NCBI GenBank assembly: GCA_008632985.1
Contig: QPGO01000031.1
Location: 310,001 to 374,000, forward strand
DNA: 64,000 nucleotides
From: Psammoneis japonica
Lineage: Eukaryota
Reading direction: 5' to 3'
The translations under genes were made by a program, and so were the position numbers. Below are positions 49,828 to 63,088 of the stretch, in pieces; position 1 is the first letter of the stretch; every line of letters begins with the position of its first letter. The notes beneath the pieces are model-generated. The model was not told where the DNA came from, did no database searches, and was given only the letters and a program-made list of their open reading frames with translations.

Positions 49828-52800
49828 TGTTGGAGAACATCTCCTGGATCACAAAAAATGTGAGAAACCTGGACATGTTGAAGAGAACACACTGCAGCTC
49901 CTGGCATTTGGTGAGACTCTTTCTGACTGAGATTTTGTTGTCTCAATGATCTCTCTCACCTTTCAGCTCATCACACATCTCATTCTTTTGGGGAGCAAGG
50001 TGTTCAGTTTGCACAATTGTGTCATCATTGGCAACATGAGGTGTCCTGTTGCATCACAAATTTGAAGTTTGTCCAAAACAACTTTTGGGCAACGCCCATG
50101 GCCACTGCAAGCAGCAGCAGCCAAGGCCAGCACATCATTGAGTGGCACAGGAGGAAGCCGAGCAGGGCTCCCTTTGTGGCGACATTCTTGACTTGCTGGT
50201 TTTCAACACATGCTCCAAAACAGTCTCTGGTTGGAACTTCATTTGGTGCTCAAAGGCTCCGTCCAGCATTCTGTTGATTGGGCACTGAATGTGCCTGCAC
50301 AATGAGTTGCACAGAAAGTGGCAGATCAAACAACCCAGGCCAAGGATGTGGTCCTCATGGTGGTGGCAGAGGTGATGAGAGTCACACAGCAGGTCCTGTA
50401 ACCCAAAAAAAAGACCAACATCACTGAGGAAGTGCTTTCAGCCTGAGATGAAGTTTCATTGCATTTCATCACTGAAAACAGCAGCACTTGCAATGCTGTG
50501 CATGAAGCCATCAAAGAGAAGATCCTCATCCACAATGTGTGCAGATCTGCAAAGGACACATGAAACACAAGGACTTTGGATCTGAGGTGTGGCTGCCTGA
50601 GGTGCATGCATCCACAACAACAGTGCCAGAGTCATCACAGCTGCAGATTTGTCAGCACACCAAGCTGGAGTTCAAATGGCACAAAGACAAAGAGCTGGAA
50701 CATCAGTGCAAAGGAGTGGAGCCAGCACTTGAGTGCAACAACAAAGTGTGAGGCAGTTCAAAGAGAACAAGACAACCGCGCTTGCCAAAATCCAAATGAC
50801 TGCTGCACCACCAAGCTGTGATGAAGCAGAGAGTGAAAGGTGACCTCAGTTGCCCAAACACCAGGGATGACCTGACCAAGTTGTTGACCCTTCAACCACC
50901 AGACTTGAGCAAATCTCCACACATGACATTTTTGTGCCATGTTCATTGCATCATTGTAAAAGTGCATGACACGTCACAAATCCTCAAGTGGAGCAAATCC
51001 CCTGGTGGTTGAAGGGCCAAAACTGATCCAGCCCCTTCTTGTGCTTGACTCAACAAAAGAGGTTGACACCCGTTTCACACACTTGGTGCCAGCACTTCCC
51101 TGCAGAACATGCTTGATGTGAAGCAACAAGAGAATGAATTGCTGAATGACCACCTGTCAAGATTCAAAAATCAGAAAGATGCTGCAAGCAAAGGTCTGGG
51201 AGACAAAGTGCCAGATGGACTCATTTCCAACAAGGAGGAGTGCAAGGAAGGCACTGCAAGAGTCCAGACTGTGCCACAATGAGAGACAGCATTCAAGACA
51301 TGGATGACATTCCTGCTCATGGAAAACAGCAACAACTGCCACCACAAGAGCTTGAAGAAGAGCTTTTGAGAGACTGCAGCCTGGGTGACAAAGACACCCA
51401 TCTGAAGACCCAGACAAGGCAATGAATGTGCTGCTGAATCATCCAAAAGATTGCAACCCTCATGAAAGACACAGCAAGAGGAACAATGAGAGTGTGCAAA
51501 CAACAAGAACAAGAATGAAAAGTCTGGCAATCCAAAGGACCAGAGCCATGCTCACCAGAAGGGTGGTCAGAGCAGCGCTGCAGCACATCACTGTTGCGGT
51601 GAATTGAGCCACAAATCCCCAGACATCAAGCATCAAAATGACATTGCACTTGACCATTGGCTCAAGAAAGCCAGAAAGAAGCCAGATGCCAGGGGACAGA
51701 GTCACACACAAACACAAGATGAGGGCCACTCATTCATGGATGGTGATGACAGGAGCGTTGACACCACCAGATCCAACCAATCAACCCACCCCACCAGCCA
51801 AAGCAGGAGCACTGCTGCATGACATGGTGTGGATCACAACTGGCAAATGAGATGCCAGAGAGACAAGCACAAACCAAACCAACAAAGATGTTGATGTGAG
51901 CGAGATCATCCTCAACAATGGCTCCACCCTTTGCATGGCAGCAAGCAAGCTGGAGACACCGCCAGTGCACAAGGTGCAGCTGGCCAAGACCAAGATCAAT
52001 CCATCCCCAAGTGGCGCAGGAGTAGACACTTTAGACAAAGACTGCAACACCACACCTGGATGGGGGGCATGGAGCTTGGATCACAGAATGCAGCAGCAGT
52101 GAACATCCTCAGTTTGAAGGATGTGAAGAGCAAGCACCACACAACTTGTGACAACCAAGTGGCAGACGAGCACCGACTGCCAGAAAAGAAGACTGGCAAG
52201 CAAGTTTTGGTGTTCAAAGTGAATGACGTTGGACTGTGTGCCATTGTGCCAAACCAGAAGCACAAAAGTGAGTCACACATGAGCATGCTGTCAAAGAACA
52301 AGAGCAACAAGAGTCACAGGAGTGCACCTGGAACTGTGGCTCTAGCAGCAGAACAGAGCTCCACAGGCAAACTCTGCAGGCTGCATCAAGAGGGAGGCAG
52401 CAAGTTCCAAGCAAGCAATTGGACTGTGCTGCAAGGCCGGAATGCCCAACATGAGAGATTTCAAGCTGTTTTTGCGCTCCAGTTGGGTGAAGAACTTGTC
52501 CATTGCACCTGAACACGTGGACAGGATGGTGGCCATTTGGGGCCACCAACAGATGTGCTTGAAGGCAAGACCAAGTGTGCACACCATTCCCATGTGAGAG
52601 GAACAACATTGTTGCTGTTCCATCTGAGACATGCAAGAAGCAGAGAGAAGGCATGATCCTCTGCGTTGATGCCATGGAAGAATGCAGTGTTAAGTTGCTG
52701 CACATGACAGACAAGAGATCAAGCACCAATTGAGTGTGACACTTAAGTCCAAGAAGCACGTTGACACATTTTTTCAATTCACTGGAGACATGATTCTCTG

Positions 52801-55800
52801 ACAGCAAAACATGGCTCTGTCCAAGATTGACTTTGTAAAGTGCAATCCGGAGTTCAAGGCTGTGCCAGTGGAAGTCACAGATGGTGCAAATGTGGAGCTG
52901 ATGTCCATGAATGCAAATGACCACACATTTCTGAAGTTGGGCAGAGCATCCAGACCATCACAAAAAACCCAAGTTGATCTGCAAGCATGCTGTGGTCAAG
53001 AACACTGTCATGTCGAACATGCACCCACAGAGGGAGAGAATTTTTGACACTTGCAGTCCTCACACCATTGTGCAATGAAGGAACCTTGGCCACAACAAAC
53101 ACTTCTTTGAGCTCACATTCTGGGAATTTGTGTTTTCCTGTGCAGAGAACAAACCAACAAACACCATGGATGCGCATGTGGTGTTGACAGCATCCACCTG
53201 CAACTGCATTTTGACATGCCCCAGGGCGAACACTGCACTGTGAACTTGCACACAGGCAAGCTTTTCAATCCAAGCAAGTGCACTGCTGTGCCCTTGGACA
53301 ACATGTGCGTGCAAGCTGTTGAGAAGATGGCCACATTGCAAGGCATCAAAGAACCAAAATTCATGGGCAAATGTGGAGATGATCTGCATGATGCTGATTG
53401 AACTGCAGAAGTGGACAATGATGAAAGCAAAAGTGAAAGCAAAAGCAACAGCGACAGAGAAGACAAAGACAAAAATGAACATGATGACACTGACTGCATG
53501 GAAAGTCAGAAGAAAAGGGCTGTGAAGATGAAGCTCCTGACTCAGATGATGAGCATGAAAAAGCAAACAAGATCCCAGGCAATGAAAGATCCAGCCACAA
53601 TCAACAGCATCAGGGCTGAGAAACTGAGGAAAAAGAGACTGGGAACATCACAGAGAAGATGAAGCATTTGAAGAAGATGATGATTCCCAAGAAGACCAGA
53701 GATGGAAAGGAGAAAGATCAGAAGAAGAGGCAAGAGTCTTGTCTCTGGCAGAAAATCAAGGAGCAGCAGCCACATCATTCAGTGCATCCTTCAACATCAA
53801 ATCATGCAAACACAGAGAAAAGAAAGTTCAATTTGCAGGAGTGTGGCAGACACCAACAAAGTGGAACAAGAACAAAACAGGCTCAATGCTGCCATTGTTC
53901 ACAAACAAACATGAGCCCCAATCCAGGAGATGACTTTGAATGTGACATGGCAACAGGAGCAGCACTGGCACAATTCATGTGCAAGATCAGTGTCAACTCC
54001 AATCAGGAAAGGGTGTTTCCTTTGCCCAACAGCATTTGCTGCATGAAGGCCCAACAGTGTTTGGCCAGAGGGGGCATGATCTGTCAGAAAAAAGAAGGTT
54101 GGACAACTCCATGATGGGGTGTGCTTTGCACCAACATCAGTCAAATGCGTGACTCTGACTGAGAGGGAAAATGATGTGGTCACCTTGATGTTCCCAGTGG
54201 AGAAGCGAGACAGTCACACAACAGGGCAAATGGTTTGTGATGGAAAACCAACCAGAGAATGGCTGAACAAGAGGATTTGTCAGCCAGCCTGACAGCATCA
54301 TTGGAGGAAGGAACACCAGCAACAGCTGTTGTTGACACTGTGGAAGGGTGCAACATGATGAGTGCTGATGCACCAAATGCGCTCTCACAGAAGTTGACTC
54401 TGGAGCCTGAGGAAGGCAAAAACTGGATCATGATGAAGATTGCAGGAGTGTTGGTCAACCTGCCAGTGAGCATTGATCCCAACCTGCAGGGGCCATGTGT
54501 GGTCATGGAAAAGGGGAAGGGAGCCATCCACATCCAAGCAATTGGAGCCATGTGTGGCATGTTGGTTGCAGCTCTGCTGTGGTGCAAGCAACTTTGCAAG
54601 GATTTGGAGAAAATGGGGTTTAAGTTCAACCTGTGCGACCCATGCATTGCAAATCAAACAGTCAATGGCAAGCAGCACGCAGCATGTTTCCACATGGATG
54701 ACCTGCTGTGGAGCCACAAGAGTTCAAAGGCAAACAAAAAATTTTTAAGCTGGCTGAACAAGATGTGTGGAAGCCATGGTGAAGTTGTTGCAACACAATG
54801 GAAGAGAAACGACTGTCTTGCATGACTGTGGACTTCAGCTGCAAGGGCAAGGTCAACGTTGACACGCCCAGCTGTGCCCACAAGATGATTGATCAGTTCC
54901 CAGAAAAGATCAAGAGAGCAGACACTGCAACCATGATGCCAGCTGGAGAGAACATGTTTGACACCAGCAGCACTGGATTGCCAATCAACAAAGCAAAGAC
55001 ATTCCATGCATGGGCAGTCAAAGGACTGCTTGTGTCCAAGAGAGGCCATGTGGATGTGAGCGCTGCTGTCACAGCATTGTGAGCATGAGTTGGAGAGCCT
55101 GCCAACAAGGGTTGGGAAAGCCAGTCCACTGTCTCAAGCATTTGAACTGGACATGAAACAAAGGAGTCTCCACATTGAGCGCAAAGGACCTCCAAGTCAC
55201 CCAAGTGGCACGTGGGTGCATCGTTCACAGTGCATCTAGATTTCAAGAGCCACACAGCAGGAGGAGGAGTTGTCGCCATGGGCAGCTGAGCAGTGCAGGC
55301 CACATTGACTGAACTTGCAGGAGTTGATGACACAACGACCATGATTCTGTGGACAAAGCTGTTCATGGAGCATCAGGGGCAGGGCATCCAATCAACAAGA
55401 ACATCCTGCATCAGAACAACAAGAGCTCCACGCTGTTAGAAACCAGTGGATGCAGGAGTGTCAGAAAGCAATCCAGAGCACTCAGCATTCGGCGTTTCTT
55501 TGTTGCCAATGTCAGCCAGATCAAGAAGGGCAATCTCAGATCACAGCATCATCCAACCCCAGCAACATGCTTGGAGACTTCATGACTGAGTCAGTGCAGG
55601 GTGAGAAGTTTCAAAAATTTAAACAAGCCATCATGGGCTGTCAACTTCAAGCATGACAGTGGCATTTCCTGTTTGTGACATCAGATGAGAGTTCTGATGT
55701 GTGCAAGTGAAAGATCCCTGCAACTGGGAATGGGTGATGAGCCACACACTTTTTGACCAACCACAATTTGTTCTTCAGAACAACTGTCAACAATGAGCAA

Positions 55801-57247
55801 GAACAACAAGAATGAACTCAGTGTGCTGCACAACATGATGACCCAGTGGTGGCCATTGGACTGCTGGCCTGTGTTTCAACAGAGACTTTTGGGTTTGATT
55901 GTGAAAGAAGATTGCTGCACAGCAATGAGAAAGAGAAAACACCGCAGCGGTGCTAAAGCAGGAAGAAGAAGCTGGCTTGTGACCCTCGCGTCTGCTGAGA
56001 CACCACAGATCCCTCCCAGGTGCTCAACATCATCAAAGAAATGAAAAAAGAGTCTGTGGATGATGCACTTTCACACTGGGGGGACACAGAATCAAAGGGC
56101 TCATGGAAAAAGGACTGTGGTTGATTGGGTGCAAGTCAATGAAAGCAGCACACAAAGAAAGGGCACAACAGAGCCTCAAAGTGCACAAGCATGTCTCAGC
56201 CACTGTGCCAATGTTCTCCATCTACAACATGCCAAGGGGAGCATCTGAGTCTGAATGACATGCTTGCGAAGCATGCAAGACCAAAGAATTTTGGCAAATT
56301 GTTGGAAGCTGAGCCTCAAGGCAAGGCAAACTGTGTTGTCTCAGGCAACATGGCAGCAAGAAAGGGTGCATCAGAGATGAGCACATTTGCCAGATCAAGG
56401 GGCATTGATTTTGAGTTCACCCTGGACAAGAACAACATCCTGCCTGTGGTGTGGGCAGGTGTGGGGAATGTGGTCCCCTTGCAAAGCTCATCAAAATCCC
56501 AGCTGCAACATTGCACAGAGTTGCTGCAGACTTGTGTGAGGGATGCAGATGGCACTGTGTGTGATGCAAGGAAGTTGGCACATTGTTCTTCCACCATCAT
56601 GACACCACCTGTGTGAGCACCTTGTGTGGGTGGCTCTGCAATGACATGGAGCTCTTTGATTTGACTCCCAAGACAGTCAACAGTTGGGTTGTGGACATGA
56701 TTGACATGGTCTGGAGAGATTTTGTTGTTCTTGTTTGGAGTGTTTTGTGAAGTGTGTCTGTGACACATCAAACTCATTTGATGACATGGTTGATTTTTTC
56801 TGCCAATGGACAGAACAATGCCAGCTTGCACACTGCTGATTTGAAGGATGTTGGCAATGAGGCAACATGACAGAGGGAGCCATTTCCCCTTGAGACCAGC
56901 TGGACCTGTCTGGCAAGCAAAACTGCAATGCAAGTGGCAGGAGTGTGTTGGAACAGCTGGATCATGGCAAAACACAAGAAGCCCAGGTGCATTGAAGAGA
57001 AGATGCTGTGGATCCTGATGCTGCAGATTCAGCAACTCTTTGTGATTGAGATTTCACAATCAACAGTCTCTCTCACCTTTCAGCTCATCTCACTCTTTGC
57101 AGTGAATTGTTTGGTTTGTGCAATTTTGTGTCATTGGTTTCACCAGTTTTCTGTTGCACCACAAGTTTGAAGCTTCTCTGACAACTTCTGGGCATCCCAC
57201 AGCTGCTGCAAGCAACCAAGGCAAGCACATTGACTTGCTGGTTCAAC
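49828..57247 (+). mobile_element. Degenerate Ty1/copia (CoDi-like) LTR retrotransposon
   Basis: Direct repeats start TGTTGG at 49828 and 56946 (the latter after caggagtg), with similarity to ~50208/57247. Protease IILNNGST; RT AMCGMLVAALLWCK, FNLCDPC and FHMDDL; RNase H KWHVGASFTVHLDFKSHT and ILHQNNKS. Confidence 0.88.
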
Positions 57248-57249
57248 AC

Positions 57250-60200
57250 GAGTCCCTCAAAAAGAAGAGAGGAGCCTCTCTTTGTTGTTGTGTTTTTGCA
57301 AGGCTGGCATCAGAAGGGAAGAGAGAGTCTCTTGCTCTCCCCTCCCCACCCCAGCTCTTCTTCCTCCAAGATCTTCAGATCCAGTGGCCTTGGAGCAGAT
57401 GATTCCAGAAACCTTTTCATGAAGCCAGAAAGAGCTGGCATCATTTGTTGGTGTTGGGGAGGAGACATGGCAGGTGATGTTGGAGCCTGAGTCAGAGAAA
57501 ACATCATGCTGGGAGTGTGCTGGCTGGGCTTGACATGGGAGCTGAAGTCACTGGCACACAGCAGCTGTTGTGCCAACTGGGCTCAAAATGGGAGATTTGC
57601 AATGTCAGAGCCAGAGCTGTCACAGAGCTGGTTGGCAATGCAGCTGGTGCTGTGCCAGCTGGACTCACATCAAAAATGGGAGCCAGAGTTGCTGTTCTTG
57701 GTGTCAGTGAAGGAGCCTCCAGATCATGCTCAGCTCCTGTGCAAATGATGTGACATTGCTCACCTTTGTCAAAATGTTGGATGAAAGAAATGTGGCAGAT
57801 TGGGCACATCAAAGCACTTGTCAGACATCCTCAAAATGGGCCACAAGAGCCCAAGTGTTGGCTTGGCAGCTGTCAATGATGTTGTGTTGTGAGCTCATCC
57901 AAAGAGATCTGGAATGGTCCCACAGGCGCAGCTGGAGAGCTGACCAACTTCAAGATCTGTGGTGGAAATGACAGTGTGTTGTTGTCCTCAATGATGACAA
58001 GATTTGGCACCAGACAGCAGGTCAGGGGGTGTGTGCCAGCAAGTGAGGGCCACTTGACAGACAAATGATTGGGCACCCACTTGTTTGAAGTGCTCCCACA
58101 GAGTTGTTTGTTTTTCAATCAACACACCCCAACAAGCCCCAACAATGCACAGGGAGTGAAAGTTGACACTTGAATTTTGACAGAGTCTGTGTGGGGCAGA
58201 ACAAGGGTCAGACAATTTTGGTGGTCAGGATGTTTGATGATGGGTTCCTTCATGGCCGCCATTTCCAGGGATGATGTTTTGGGAAAGCACCATCTTCTCA
58301 TCCTTCTTGTCTGTGACAATTTTCTTGTTGAGGCGTGTTCCAAGGTTAAATCAGAGAGCAGGTGTTGTTGTGCCATGTTGAGCCAGAGTTCCCCAGCTTC
58401 CTCCCAACTTGCAATTGTCTGAGTTGCTGCCAAGGGCTCTGACAGCAATGTTGACAACATGTCATGAAACAATGGTGAGAAACATCTGGTCAATTGGGCT
58501 GGTTGCCAAAAATGCCAAAGACCAGAAAATCAGATTGTGCTTTTCATCTTCTCAGCTCTCTGGCACTTCATTTGTCACCTGCTGCTCTGGAGCTGCAGCT
58601 GCAGGTTTTCACTTCTTCTTCAATGCCATTGAGCTGCAGCAGCTGCAAAGAAAGATGAAAGAAGGGGCAGCAGCACAAGTGGCTTTTGGAGCAATGGTGC
58701 TGTTGGCACAGCTGATTGCTTTGCTCAGTCTTCAAAACTGGTGGTTGTCACTGAGCATGATGACAAGCCACACTGGTCAACTGTCGGCTCTCTGCTTCCA
58801 GAAAAAAAATGTTGGGATCAAAGCTGCACTCTTTTTTGTTGAGCAACAGCGCAACATGGTGGAGAGAACATTGAAGAGGGTTGCAAGAGCAAGACAATGT
58901 GTGCTCTGCACTGTTCCTTTGGATCCAACCAAGTTCTTTGCTTGGGGGTGTTCATCTGTCATGCACAGCTGGAGCCAAAGAACACACACACACACATGTG
59001 GCACAGGTGCGCTGACTGTGCATCATCTGCCTCCTGCCACCTCTCACCCAGATTGTGCAAACTTTCAGCTGCTTGCAGCTCTGCAATGTTGTGGCAGCAA
59101 AGTTGCTCTGGAAAATGCCACTTGCAGGGGCTTTGGAGGACACACGTTGGCCCTGTCTTCCAAGACTTGCAAGAATGAGGTGACATCTCATTTGATTTTT
59201 CCCATGATGTTGTCAGTGCCCTGCTGTGCACCAATGTGAGACCCAATCAAGTCAGAAAACAAACAGCTGCTTGAAGCCTTGCACCAATTTGCAGGCTTGT
59301 TGCAAGTTCTTTTTGCACAAGCTTTGAGACAACACTCTTGTTTGCTCTGTGGCAGGCTGGAAAATGGCTGTCTTGTGCTCAGCAGACCATCACCTCAGAT
59401 CTCATCCTGGTTTCCAACAAGCACTCAAGAATCAACAAATGTGCAAAGATGTTGTTCTGTTGGGTGATTTTTGGATTGGTGTGGGAGACCTTGATGGGCC
59501 ACCTCTTGTTTCTCCCATGTGTGGGGTGCCACCTGAGTGTCATGAGAAGACCTTGCCTGTTTTTCATTCATTGCAACCAAGCATCCTGCCTGCAAGTGCA
59601 GTGTGGTGCCAACCAACCATCAAACAAGTGAGTCTGAAGAAGAGATTCATGCATGCCTGTGGACAGCAGTCATGAGTTGACAAGCTTTTCACTGTGCAAG
59701 ATGCCGCGCCAATGACAAGCAAAGAAGAAGGCGAAACTGAGGCAGAACAAAACAGGGAAGAGGGGGCCACGAGCCAGGCAGATGATCTGTCATTGATGCA
59801 AATGACAAATGGGAAAAGACAATGGGGTGGGTGCATGGAATTCTGCTGCAGAAGATCGACCATGCATTTTTGTGTTTTGCGTCGACGACCCCATGGCCTC
59901 CTGAGTGGGCTTTGTCACTGCAGTGTTTGCATCTGTCACTGTGTTTCACAAGACAATTGATTGAAGTTGAGGCATCAGAGTTGATCTAGCTAGAACCATG
60001 AGAACATCCATGTCATGTTTCTGCTTGATGCTTCCTTGTGGTGAAGTGATTCGTCTGTGGCTGTGGAGAGACATGGAGCACTTGGCTGTCTTCTGTCATG
60101 TGAGTCCTGCACTCTGCTGCGGGCAGTCCGCTGAGAGAGACCTGCTCTGAGTCTACCCACTGTGACAAGTGCTGCAGAAGCCATTGGGACCCAAGTGGCG

Positions 60201-61103
60201 TGCATCCTTTTAGAATGAGCTGCGGCGTTGCCATCTTCTTGACAGACGTGCGCGGTCTGTCTCCAACAAAGACAAGACTTTGAAGAGTGCCATGAAGTCA
60301 TCTGCAATCTGCGTGTGAGAGATGTGCTGACTCTGTTTTGGACATCCCATTTTCTAAAAACCCCATTGTGCACGAATCGTCTTCCCTTTCGAAACTTGGC
60401 ACATTGGCAAGTGGTGGGTGGTGGATGGACTTGTTTCAGAGGTGAAACAATGACTGTCTGCTGTCGGCGCTGACGGCGCACAGAGGAGGAGTGCCGGGAT
60501 GGTTGTCGTTGTCATCGTGAGGGCGGCGACGAGCAGCCGCTCTCTGTCCATGCCGTGTGGCATTGTCTTGAGAGTCCTCCAAGGAAGATGAAGTGACAAC
60601 GGTGGGGTGAGTGATGAGGAAACTTTCACGGAAAGTTTCTTGGACTCTGAATGCCAGCAGCCGCGACACAAGCTGAAACTGTGGAGTGTCAGCTTGTCGA
60701 AGTTCATCAAAGGTAACATCAGAGCATCGCAGATGGTGAAGCATGCTGCGGGTCTGACAAGGTGGTGGTGCAGGGGCGCGAACTCGCAACCAAAGAGGTG
60801 AACTTCGGAACGCACCAAACAGCGACTGCACAAGACCAAACACACAACTTCCACCCCGGTTGTTTGGTGCGAAATCTGACATGTGGCCTTCATTTGTTGG
60901 GTTGATTGGAGCAGTCCACACTTCCTCAGCCCTGCGAATGTCGTCTTGATGCCGCTGCTGCCTGTCCACCCTTCATTGCTTTCGCTTTCGCCGACGCGCT
61001 GCCCCTCTTTGAGATCTCTCACGTTCTTCCTCTGAGCCCCAACCCACAAACCCCACCCGTCTTGACTCGACTGAGGACATGCCAGTGGCGGGGCAGAGTC
61101 GCT

Positions 61104-61140
<37 letters not shown>

Positions 61141-61150
61141 CTGTTGTCGG
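57250..61150. other. TpA-depleted degenerate sequence of unidentified family, probably two elements split at ~59990
   Basis: TA is nearly absent throughout. CpG is nearly absent before ~59700 but common after ~60000. Confidence 0.5.
61101..61146 (+). repeat. (GCT/GTT)n microsatellite
   Basis: gctgttgctgctgctgttgctgctgct... Confidence 0.9.
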
Positions 61151-61486
61151 TGTCGTTGTTTCATTTAATTAGGGTTGTTGCTGCCATGCTAGCAGCTAGC
61201 TCTGCCGCTGTTTGCGTTTCGTGAATGCACCGTTTTTGCGCGGAGCGCGAGATGTCCATTGTCCGTTGAAAACCTGTATAAAATATATTTGACAACGTGC
61301 ATATATTTATCTTATACAACACCGATAGAGCACATTGTCCCAAAGCCGAACAACGCAACACGCTAACAATGGCACTTTGTGACGACTTTTGCCGTCTCTA
61401 CAATAGTACCTTAGAGAGCGTGTCGTTCATCCCATTCCTTTGTTGTTAACCTCTGCATTAAGAGAGTAATTTTTACTCTATCGACA

Positions 61487-62742
61487 ATGCCCCAATTACA
61501 ATTGCTCTTGATTCCATCTCCGGGAGCCAAACCCGAGTTTCTCGCCACGCTCGATCCCTCTCCACCCAATTTTCCAGAAAAGGTCGTTTTGGAGGGATAT
61601 ACGCGTGATGATTGGGCGATTCATCCAGAAAAGGGACTGTTTCAATCCACATTGTGCAAGAGCGACGACAAGAAACAAAAGCTAGGTGGGTTTTTGTCGT
61701 ACCTAAAGGAACGAAAAAAGGCCGCGTACGGGCGATTTGGGAGTGACGGCATGATGGTGATTGGATCGGTACAACCACCCTCGAAACCAGGTTCGACGAG
61801 TATTTTGTGTCGATATACTCTGACACTCTCGCAAGTACCCAATTGTCCCTTTGCAAAAAAGAAACATGCAGCTACTGCACCTTCCAAACCAGGTGCTCCG
61901 GCAAAACAACCAAAAGCACCAGGCGGAGGTAGTGGTTTGTTGGGCAACTTGTTGGGAGCACAGCGTCGAACCAATCAGCACGTGATGAATTCAGTACAAC
62001 AACCCAAACAGCAACAAAAGCCTGCTACTACTACAGCAGCTGCACAAGCAGAAAATACGGAAGCTACTACTACTACAGCTACTTCAGAATCAAAAACAAG
62101 TCAACAAGTTTTGGCCGACTTTCGACAAGAAATGGAGCAAAAAATGCTAGACTTTGACATTGCATCCGACACGGTTTTAAAAATTCCCATTTCGCTTTCC
62201 AAACACACGGCTGGACTCCTCGAAGGAGATGACAAGAATAAAGTGACCATGGAAATTTTAAAATATATAGTCTATGAACAAGCGGATGAAATCAATGAAG
62301 AGTGGGTGGCGGCCAAAGAACCGAGTGAATTCATGGATGAAGCCGTTATAGCTATTTACAAGGAGGGACATGCTCCACCTGAAGTGTTGGAGGATTTAAA
62401 CAAGGTGAGTTTTGGTAGTGTAGTATGAATTTTGGCGTGATAAATTTTTGTTGTTCTCTTTAAACTTATTCACGTTTTGTTGTTGTTTATGTTTTTCAGG
62501 GCGACTTGCCGGATGAGATTCGTGGACAACAACGCGCGGTTCAAGATGCGATTCGAAAGCAAGAGGAAATGAAACAGTCCAAGATTGATGCCGAAAATTT
62601 GAAGCAGGCGCACCAGGGAGCCCATGACGATGAAGACTTGGCGACACTCAACACGGTCAAGCGGGATCGACGAACAATTGAAGAGATTCAACGAGAAATG
62701 AATCAGGAGAACGATGGAAGTAAGCGACAAAAGACTGAGTAG
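61487..62742 (+). CDS. Hypothetical protein; intron ~62405-62499
   Basis: The 313-aa ORF is joined to the 62506-62742 frame through aag|gtgag...tttcag. Normal composition. Confidence 0.75.
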
Positions 62743-62797
62743 TAGCAACTTTTGAGACTTGACGTATTAATCTAAACCTTACGGAGCTCGCAGCACA

Positions 62798-63019
62798 ATA
62801 CAATATACCGCGATGAGTGACATTGTTGCGTAGACTCCGTTAGCATCGCCGCGACGATCGAACTATACAAGCAAAAGTCAGAGTAGTACTCTGTTGAGAT
62901 TTGATGTAAAGCTAAACCTCACGAATCTCTGCTTGCAGCAAGATACAATATACCGCGATGAGTGACATTGTTGCGTAGGATCCGTTTGCATCATCGCCGC
63001 GACGATCGAACTATACAAG
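62798..63019. repeat. Two ~75-bp direct repeats in the convergent intergenic region
   Basis: atacaatataccgcgatgagtgacattgttgcgtag...gacgatcgaactatacaag at ~62798 and ~62943. Confidence 0.9.
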
Positions 63020-63088
63020 TAGCAGGATCATACCTTTAAATTATAGCTAGCTTAGCAAGTTGTTAACAAAAACTGTGTTGTGAGTGTA

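Noticed and set aside
49205..59980. Explaining the TG/CA excess by CpG methylation-deamination alone, or by classical RIP
   Set aside because: CpG decay contributes in old elements but cannot remove TpA or turn Tyr into His/Cys. RIP would increase TpA.
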